DNA from: Octopus vulgaris
Lineage: Eukaryota
NCBI GenBank assembly: GCA_951406725.2
Contig: OX597838.1
Coordinates: 24,986,001 to 25,050,000, forward strand
Direction of reading: 5' to 3'
DNA length: 64,000 nt
Part shown: piece after piece, positions 54,268 through 64,000 of the stretch
Layout of the letters: each line of letters begins with the position of its first letter
Numbering within the stretch: position 1 is the first letter of the stretch
Notes under the pieces: model-generated
Told to the model about the DNA's origin: nothing
Seen by the model: the letters and a program-made list of their open reading frames with translations, nothing else
The model's database searches: none
Translations under genes and position numbers: made by a program

Positions 54268-54939
54268 TTAAAAAATATCACACACACACACACATAACGT
54301 CCTCCCCCCACACACACACATACAACAACCCCTTCCCCCCACCGCGCCACCAAACTAAAGTGGAATAATAAATCTTCTTTAAGGTACAAAATAATCCCAG
54401 TCCTTATATAAACACTACTGGTGGCTACTGAGTCACTTTGTTGTTTTTTTTTTAACTTTTGTGTTTCACTTCAGATTTTAGAAAGATAAGACAACAAGAT
54501 CCTGTTCAGTAGGCCAAACTGGTTATCAGGTGGAACTCTGGTTATTTATTGTAGGAATGAGTTAAATGTCCAGTCTTACAGGAGTCATAAATCGGGGAGT
54601 GAATAAAACACATTATGTGTGCGTGTATAAGTATATGCATTTATATGTGTGTGTTTGTGTGTGTATACATATATATGTGTATGTATATATGTATGTGTGT
54701 GTATATGTATATATATGTATATATGTGTGTGTATAAATATGTATATATATATGTATACATATATGTATATATATGTATACATATATGTATATATATATGT
54801 ATATACATATATATATGTATATATTTATATTATATAGAGGGTACTATTATTCATAGATACCGTACGCTAGGAGGGGCCCTTGCGGCCAAAACTACTAAAA
54901 CAAACAAATTTTACCGAATTTTATCCTCAATTTTAAATA

Positions 54940-54985
<46 letters not shown>

Positions 54986-55244
54986 TATATGTGTGTGTGT
55001 GTGTGTGTGTATATATATGTATTTATATATATATATGTATATTTATATGTATATATATATATATGTATATATATGTGTGTATATATATGTATGTGTGTGT
55101 GTGTGTGTGTGTATGTCTATATATAATGCTAGTGATTTTGCCAGCTTGTCACCTTACTGTCATTAAATATTCCAAAAGAACTGGACAAATATGTTTTTCA
55201 CAATTCCCTAGTACTTTCATGGTTTGTTGTAACAATCTTCAGGT

Positions 55245-55680
55245 GAATAGCATCACAATATCAATTATCATACATCACAGAATCTACTAGGATACATCAT
55301 AGCATCTATTATATGTTATGGATTCAAATATGATATGTCTCAGATTCAAATATGATGTCATACTATTAATTTTGAGATGTACTATCAATTATATATCATA
55401 ATATCAATTATGATACATATCATAGAATCAATTATATGTCATAGAGTCAATTATGATACATCATAGTACCAATTATAAGACATCGTATTATCAATTATGA
55501 TATGTCATAGAATTAATTATGATATGCCATATTATCAATCATGATACGTCATAGTATCAGTTATGAGACATCATAGCGTCAATTAAGGTATGTCATGAAT
55601 TATGATACATCATAGCACCAATTATGCGACTTCATAGTACCCCTATTATGATGTGTTATAGTACAAATTATGATGGCACA
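55245..55680. repeat. Degenerate minisatellite, unit about 21 bp (TCAATTATGATACATCATAG-like)
   Basis: About 20 diverged units. Confidence 0.85.
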
Positions 55681-56210
55681 CTTTGTATGAAAACTTTTAC
55701 TATTAAAAGAAAACGCGATCATACTGATGTATTGTAAATATACATACAAAATCCGGTTGTGCTGGACTTTTAATGACATATTTAGACACAAACACACGCA
55801 CACACACACACACACACACATAGGTATGTGTGTGAGTCAGAGGGTATGTATGCGTATGAAGTATATATAACAGAGTAAACTTAGTGCAATGAAAGTAAAT
55901 ATTTTAGGGTATTTGGTTATTAAATAACAACAAGTGGCTCTGGCTTTATACCGAAGCATAAATCTAGCCCTTTGCCAAACCCTTCCTCATATCACACTAT
56001 GGATGAACAGCCCTTGGTGACTCCCTCGGGAAAATGCCATGTGCTTGTTTGGGAATTTTCATAGAAGAATGCAAGGAAAGTTTCCCATGGTTGACTTGCT
56101 TTGTGTAGTTTTGATGTGACTTCATTTTGTTAGCTTGGAACAGACAAGTTTACCACAAGACAAGTTTATATATATATATATACATAAATACATCCACCCA
56201 TCCATCCATC

Positions 56211-56242
<32 letters not shown>

Positions 56243-56246
56243 CATG

Positions 56247-56455
56247 TGTGACCTCGTGTGTACCGTTGGCGATTTTTTCTCCTCTGTCTTCCCTTCTCTG
56301 GATCTTTTCTTCTCCTATGTTTCCGACGAAGAGCTCCGCTTGAAACGTTAAACCCTCCCTCCTTCTTTCCTGAGCATCCAATAATACTATATTTGTTCCA
56401 CGTCCTCGCATTGTTGAGTTTTCTCTTTGTGCTTTCTTGTTTGGATTAACTTTAT
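56247..56455 (+). mobile_element. Penelope-like mini-element with minimal hammerhead-like motif
   Basis: GTTT-CCGACGA-A-GAGC-TCC-GCTT-GAAAC-GTT-AAAC at 56319-56353; second copy at 43397-43605. Confidence 0.7.
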
Positions 56456-56494
56456 ATACATATATAAATACATCCACCCATCCATCCATCCATC

Positions 56495-56534
<40 letters not shown>

Positions 56535-56959
56535 TATACATACATACACATACACACACACACATACATACATATATATATATAGCATCATTGCCATCAT
56601 CGTCGATGGTGCTACATTGTTACATGTCACCATGCAATGTTCCGCTCACAAGCAGCAGCTGACAGAATAAAATAGGAGCAAAGTTCAGAGTAATCAATTC
56701 GAACCACTGAAGGCGGTGCCCCAGCATGGCCACAGTCCAATGATTGAAACCAGTAATAGAATAAAGAAAATAATTAAGATTACACAGAGCTAACAATAAC
56801 ACTAGCAACAATAGTATTTTTTTTTTTATCAGGCAACAGTTAAATAGGTGAAACATGTGAATACAAAGTCCTCCATAGATGTATCATAAAGTGGATGAGG
56901 TCAGTAGGGGAAAGAACCTGTATAATCTTTGTTATTGTAGCAGAAAAAAAAACATGTAA

Positions 56960-58037
56960 ACAGAGATAGGGGAGAGAGAGTGAGAGAGAGTGAGAGAGAG
57001 AGAGTGAGTGAGAGAGAGAGAGAGAGTGAGAGAGAGAGTGAGAGAGAGAGAGTGAGAGAAAGAGAGAGAGAGAGTGTGAGTGAGAGAGAGAGAGAGAGAA
57101 TGAGGAAGTGATATATATACATAGGTAGAGAGAAAGGGAGAGAGAGACATAGATTGGTAAGTAGGCAGAGGGAGAGAGAGGGAGAGCTACATAGGTAGAC
57201 AGTTAAATAAATAGAGAGAGAGGGGGAGGAACATAGATAGATAAATAAACAGAGAGAGAGAGAGAGAGAGAGGGGGAGAGTAATATACATAGATAGTTAG
57301 ATAAATAGAGAGAGATAAAAAGAAAGGAAGTGAGATACATACACAGATAGATAGAGAGGAAGTGATATACATACATAGGTAGAGAGAGAGGGGAGAGAGA
57401 CATAGATAGATAAATAGACAGAGGGAGAGAGGGGGAGAGTGCTATATGTAGACAGTTAGATAAATAGAGAGGGAAGAAGTGAGATACATACACAGGTAGA
57501 GAGGGGGGAGGAACATACATAGGTAGATAAATAGAGAGGAAGTGAGATAATACACATGTAGAGAGAGAGGAAGTGATATACATACATAGGTGGAGAGAAA
57601 GGGGGAGAGAGACATAGATAGATAAATAGAGAGAAGGGGAGAGTGACATACATAGACAGTTAGATAAATAGAGAGAGAGAGAGAGAGAGAGGAAGTGAGA
57701 TACATACACAGGTAAAGAGAGGGGGAGGGACAGATAAATAGAGAGACATAGATAAAGACAGAGAGAGAGAGGGGAGAGTAACATACACAGAGTTAGATAA
57801 ATAGAGAGAGAGAGGAAGTGAGATATATACACAGGCAGAGAGAGAAGGAGATAGGTAAAATGATAGATAGATAAACAGAGAGAGAGAGAAGGGGAGGGTG
57901 ACATACATAATTAGAAAGAGAAAGAGGGAGTGACATACACAGGTAGAGAGAGAGCAGATAGACACATGGGTAGGTAGGTAGGTAGACAGATAGACAGGCA
58001 GGCAGGCAGAAAGGCAGACAGACAGATAGATAGATGG

Positions 58038-58073
<36 letters not shown>

Positions 58074-58120
58074 ACAGATATGAAGATAGATAAATAGACC
58101 GAGAGAGAGAGAGAGAGAGA
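56960..58120. repeat. GA-rich compound repeat with higher-order units
   Basis: Recurring GAGGAAGTGA(G/T)ATA.ATAC and AGTTAGATAAATAGAG blocks. Confidence 0.85.
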
Positions 58121-58958
58121 CCAACTATTATTTTATGGTATATATTATGAATGCTATAGGACAGAGCCAATTTCATCATATTTCATTAGCGGCGGGGACA
58201 CATCCTTAGTACAACCCCTAAGTCCATAAGTATCTAAAGATGTCTATACACCATCCACACACACACTTATACACATCCTTTATAACCCAAATCTTCTGAG
58301 CGGTTCACTCATAAGTGCACGCTGTTTATTCAAGCAGAACAACAAGGTGTGTAATACATGGAGAAACTCATCCTACAGCAAAACTAGGCAGTGTTTACCC
58401 TACAAAACAACCTCTTTCTGAACTATCTACAAGACCCCTATCTGAACTATGAAAGATGCCCTCATGTACCACGCGACCCTCAAGCTATTTTTCACCTCCC
58501 TAACTACAGCAAAGTGTAGGTACATGGCCTAGTGGTTAGAACAGCGGACTCGTGGTCGGGGGATCGCAGATTCGAATCTCAGACTGGGCAATGTTTGTGT
58601 TTATGAGTGAAACACCTAAGCTCCACGCAGCTCTGGCAGAAGGTAGTCGCGAACTTCTGCCGACTCTTTCGCTGTAACTTTCTCTCACTCTTTCCTCCTG
58701 CATCTTGCAACTCACCGGCAATGGGCCAGCGTCCTGTCCAGGTGGGGGAACCTATACGCCAAGGAAACCGGGAAACTGGCCCTTATGAGCCATGTGTGGC
58801 TTGAGAAGGTACAAACTACAGTCAAAAGCTGATTGTTTTGATCCTTTGCTAGAAGAATATCTACAAACTTTGCAGAAAGCTCTTGCCTCACTCCTCCCCA
58901 CTGTCACATAAACTTCACAACAATGATGCTTTAGCAAAAAGTACCCCTGTAATATCCT

Positions 58959-59553
58959 TTTCTACTCTAGGTACAAGGCCTGAAATTTTGGGAGAGGGGG
59001 CCAGTTAATTAGAACGATCCCAGTACACAACTGGTACTTAATTTATCGACCCCAAAAGGATGAAAGGCAAAGTTGACCTAAGTGGAATTTGAACTCAGAG
59101 CGTAAAAGCAGACAAAATACTGCTAAGCATTTCGCCCGGCATGCTAACGTTTCTGCCAGCTCATAGCCTTAGTACCCCTGTAATATCCTCACAGAGAATG
59201 CCTTGACTTTTGCTACCCATTTTGCAGTCAACTCTATACTTCAGATATTTGGTAAATCTCTCCCAAATCTATCCCCTTGGACAGATTTATGTCTATGGAT
59301 CGCTCAGCCATTTGGACAATAATTTTACAAGAAGGTGGCAAGCTGGCAGAATTGTTAGCACGCCAGGTGCAATGCTTAACGGTATTTTGTCTGCCGTTAT
59401 GTTCTGAGTTCAAATTCTACCGAGGTCGACTTCGCCTTTCATCCCTTCAGAGTCGATTAAATAAGTACCAGTTATGCACTGGATAGGTGTAATCGACTTA
59501 ATCCCTTTGTTTGTCCCCTCTATGTTTAGCCCCCTGTGGGCAATAAAGAAATA
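58959..59553. mobile_element. Inverted pair of family B SINEs (58959-59170 minus with 19-bp TSD; 59334-59553 plus)
   Basis: TSD AGTACCCCTGTAATATCCT at 58940-58958 and 59171-59189. Confidence 0.88.
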
Positions 59554-60631
59554 AATTTCATGAGTAACTTGTTCTGATGATTGTATCAACCAGAACCCTC
59601 AGTGTTGTAACCACTTAGTGATATTGGTAGCATTGGCGGTAAACAGTAGTAGCAGAATGGAATTGGTGCTGGTGGTGACAAGGGAATTTCTGAGAAATTT
59701 AACAATTATTTTCAAAGCATTAAATTTGTGTAGGTAGATGGGTAGGGGAAAGGTAGTTGTGGTGGCTGAATCTCTCTGAGGACTACATTAAGGGTACACA
59801 TGTCTGTGGAGTGTAAGCCGCTCCATTGATCGTATCAACTGGAACCCTCGTTGTCATAACTTACAGAGTGCCAGCACCATCTGAGCATGATCGTTGCCAG
59901 AGCAGCTGACTGGCTTCCATGCCGGTGGCACATAAAATATACCATTCAAACGGGATCGTTATCAGCGTCGCCTCAGTGGCACATGAAAAACATTCAAGCA
60001 AGGTCGTTGCCAGTGCCACTGGACTGGCTCCTGTGCAGGTGGCACATAAACAACACCACTTGAGCGTGTCCGTTACCAGAACCACCTGACTGACCCTCAT
60101 GCTGGTGGCACGTAAAAGCACCCACTACACTCTTGGAATGGTTGGCATTAGGAAGAAACTCTGCCAGATCAGACTGGAGCCTGGTGCAGCCTTTGGGTTC
60201 GCCAGTCCTCAGTCAAATCGTCCAACCCATGCCAGCATGGAAAGCGGATGTTAAACAATGATGATGATGATGATGATGATGATAACAAAGGGGGTTAAAC
60301 AACAACCATTTATCACAATTGTTATCACTGCTGCTACCATCACAGAGCCAATACCATTTCAACTCCTAATGCAACAACCATCATACGCCTGTAAAATCAC
60401 CACCACTACACTACAACCACTACCACCACCATTATCACTATTATAGTGACCATACATCTCCATTGCAACAACAAACACAACTACCATAACTGCCACCACC
60501 ACCACCACCACTACCACCGTCATCACAATCATCATCATTGTCACCATTACTATCACGAACGTCCTCATGACTATCATCATCATTCCCCCAACCACAGCAC
60601 CACCATCACCAACACTATCATCACTATCACC

Positions 60632-60665
<34 letters not shown>

Positions 60666-61346
60666 TCACCCAACCACAGCACCACCAGCAGCAGCAGCAT
60701 CACCACCGTCATCATCACTATTACCACTAACACCACCACCACCACTACCATCATCATCACTATCATCACCACCACCATCATCACCACTACCATCATCATC
60801 ACCACCACCACCACCACCACCATCATCACCACTACCATCATCATCACTATCACCACCACCACCATCATCACCACTCTCATCATCATCACTATCACCACCA
60901 CCACCATCACCATCACCATCTATTATCATCATCACTACCACCACCTTCGCCACTACCATATTTCCAACTCTGTTACCATAATTACAAACACAGTCACTGC
61001 CACCACCACCACCAATACCACAACCAAGCGTTTCTTACATCTCCCAGTGATTATCTTTCATTACCTAGAATTGATCTGTTTCGGTTTACAATGACAGGAG
61101 ACACACAGCGAAGGATTAACAGATTTTTAAATGAGAGACTGAATGAGGGATTAAGTTACTCCCCCCTCCCTCTCACACACACACACATCTGACTGTTAAT
61201 CTCATCTTCCTTGTCATATACACATATACATGCATACACACATACACACACATACATACATACATATATATATATATACATACACATATATATATACATA
61301 TGTGTATATATGTACATATGTATGTATATACATATACGTATATATA

Positions 61347-61393
<47 letters not shown>

Positions 61394-61397
61394 ATGC

Positions 61398-61432
<35 letters not shown>

Positions 61433-61450
61433 TGTATATATATATAATGC

Positions 61451-61483
<33 letters not shown>

Positions 61484-61785
61484 ATCATGTATATATATAT
61501 AATATATATACACATATATATACAATTACAGGTGAGATGTCACATATCACTTATATAATTTGATTAAACCTACATTCTAAGCTAACAGTAATGAAAAAGT
61601 AATGTTAGGGGTGAGGTGGGGATGGAGTAGGTGGTGGTGTTTCAGATGGTTGAGGTTCGAGGGGGGTTAAGACTATGAGCTGGGATGAAACTGGGGAAGA
61701 GGACAAGGATATTAATAGAGGATGGTAGAGGAAACTGTAATCATGGAGGGGAGGCATTGACAACAGTGATTATGGTGGAGAAAGA

Positions 61786-61844
<59 letters not shown>

Positions 61845-61846
61845 CA

Positions 61847-62008
61847 GGCGTAGGAGTGGCCGTGTGGTAAGTAGCTTGCTTACCAACCACATGGTTCTGG
61901 GTTCAGTCCCACTGCGTGACATCTTGGGCAAGTGTCTTCAACTATAGCCTTGGGCCAACCAAAGCCTGGTGAGTGGATTTGGTAGATGGAAACTGAAAGA
62001 AGCCCGTC

Positions 62009-62047
<39 letters not shown>

Positions 62048-62217
62048 ACACACATACGATAGACTTCTTTCAGTTCCCATCTACCAAATCCACTCCCAAG
62101 GCTTTGGTCGGCCCAAGGCTATAGTAGAAGACACTTGCCCAAGGTGCCACACAGTGGGACTGAACCCAGAACCATGTGGTTGGGAAGCAAGCTTCTTACC
62201 ACACAACCACGCCTGCG
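61847..62217. mobile_element. Two family A 5' halves in inverted orientation around a (TA)n
   Basis: 61847-62008 plus, 62055-62217 minus. Confidence 0.9.
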
Positions 62218-62245
62218 TCTATATCATGACCTGCTTTCAGTTTCT

Positions 62246-63043
62246 TTTCTACTCTAGGCACAAGGCCCGAAATGTTTAGGGAGTGGCTGCCAGATCGATG
62301 TTTAGATCGACCCAGTACGCAACTGGTACTTAATTTATAGATGCAGAAAAGATGAAAGCATCGTCGATCTCGGTGGAATTTGAACTCAGAACATAAAGAC
62401 GGACGAAATACCGGTAAACACTTTGTCTGGAGTGCTAGTATTTCTTATTTCTTTATTGCCCACAAGGGGCTAAACATAGAGGGGACAAACAAGGACAGAC
62501 AACGGGATTAAGTCGATTACATCAACCCCAGTGCGTAAATGGGGCTTAATTTATCGACCCCGAAAGGATGAAGGGTAAAGTCAACCTCAGCGGAATTTGA
62601 ACTCAGAACATAAAGACAGACGAAATACCTATTTCTTTATTACCCACAAGGGGCTAAACATAGAGGGGACAAACAAGGACAGACAGGTATTAAGTCGATT
62701 ACATCGACCCCAGTGCGTAACTGGTACTTAATTTATCGACCCCGAAAGGATGAAGGGTAAAGTCAACCTCAGCGGAATTTGAACTCAGAACGTAGCGGCG
62801 GACCAAATACCTATTTCTTTATTATCCACAAGGGGCTAAACACAGAGGGGACAAACAAGGACAGACATAGGTATTAAGTCGATTACATCGACCCCAGTGC
62901 GTAACTGGTACTTAATTTATCGACCCCGAAAGGATGAAAGGCAAAGTCGACCTCGGCGGAATTTGAACTCACAACGTAACGACAGACGAAATACGGCTAC
63001 GCATTTCGCCCGGCGTGCTAACGTTTCTGCCAGCTCGCCGCCT
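62246..63043 (-). mobile_element. Four-unit tandem array of family B inside one 19-bp TSD
   Basis: TGACCTGCTTTCAGTTTCT at 62227-62245 and 63044-63062. Confidence 0.88.
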
Positions 63044-63126
63044 TGACCTGCTTTCAGTTTCTGTCTACCAAATCCACTCGCAAAGCTTTTGTCGACCCAA
63101 GGCGTATAGCAGAAGTGATTCGCCAA

Positions 63127-63347
63127 GGCGGCGAGCTGGTAGAAACGTTAGCACGCCGGGCGAAATGCGTAGCCGTATTTCGTCTGCCGTTACGTTCTGA
63201 GTTCAAATTCCGCCAAGGTCGACTTTGCCTTTCATCCTTTCAGGGTCGATAAATTGAGTGCCAGTTTCGCACTGGGGTCGATGTAATCGACTTAATCTCC
63301 TTGTTTGTCCTCTCTGTGTTTAGCCCCTTGTGGGCAATAAAGAAATA
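63127..63347 (+). mobile_element. Family B SINE with TSD of about 16 bp
   Basis: AGAAGTGATTCGCC(C)AA on both sides. Confidence 0.9.
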
Positions 63348-63541
63348 AGAAGTGATTCGCCCAAGGTACCATGCTGTGGAGAACTGTACCCGGAACAATA
63401 TGACTGTGAAACATTTATATAAACATAAACATATGCAAAAATATAAACGTGCACATTCACGGAAGCTGCTCCGCCTGCATGTATCAAAAACAATTTACTT
63501 AACTTTCTCCAGACACGCACGCATGCGAACACACACACACA

Positions 63542-63579
<38 letters not shown>

Positions 63580-63724
63580 TACACACACACATTCAATCAC
63601 ACTCCACTCTCCCTCAACCTGACATCCCACTGTACACACGCAACACCCAACCTTCTCCCGATCAACAACGCAACCATCTTAGCCTGCCCTCATCACACAC
63701 ACACACACACACAGCGCAACGTCA

Positions 63725-63760
<36 letters not shown>

Positions 63761-63911
63761 CCACCCCACCCCCCGTCTCCCCCTACTCTCTCTCACTAAA
63801 TTCGAACACATTCATGTCCCACTCACACTACACTCTACCCTCACCCAGTCATCTCAACAACACGTTTTGTCTATCCTAAACATAAACACACAAACGCCAA
63901 AAGCCCAACCC

Positions 63912-63971
<60 letters not shown>

Positions 63972-64000
63972 ACACACACTCACAACAGAAAAAAAAACCC

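Noticed and set aside
60359-61094. Thr/His/Pro/Gly-rich ORFs resembling mucins or His-rich proteins (also 36417-36831, 41374-42143)
   Set aside because: Degenerate (CAC/CAT)n tracts open in multiple frames; no signal peptide, domain or credible splice context

Overview
Eukaryotic, non-coding, repeat-saturated DNA. The repeat repertoire (tRNA-headed SINEs resembling the Octopus OK/OR1/OR2 class, RTE 3' ends, vast (TA)n/(CA)n/(GATA)n tracts) points to an octopus or other coleoid cephalopod intron or intergenic region; this is inference, not a database result. I found no convincing host protein-coding exon. Almost all ORF-track entries are microsatellite or SINE read-through. The only protein-like similarities are decayed transposon remnants: RTE endonuclease and C-terminus, a CR1-group LINE C-terminus, and a mariner HTH. 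Most interesting: (i) small Penelope-like elements with minimal hammerhead-like ribozyme cores and snap-back hairpins, mostly in TA microsatellites; (ii) SINE/LINE 3' tails sharing a covarying stem-loop; (iii) SINE multimers and a SINE-tail chimera, each inside a single target-site duplication; (iv) an internally deleted bipartite RTE; (v) many inverted repeats that could be dsRNA/ADAR substrates; (vi) a low-confidence two-exon micro-ORF at 11.2-12.3 kb. Family letters A-G are my own labels. Coordinates were read by eye and may be off by a few bases.
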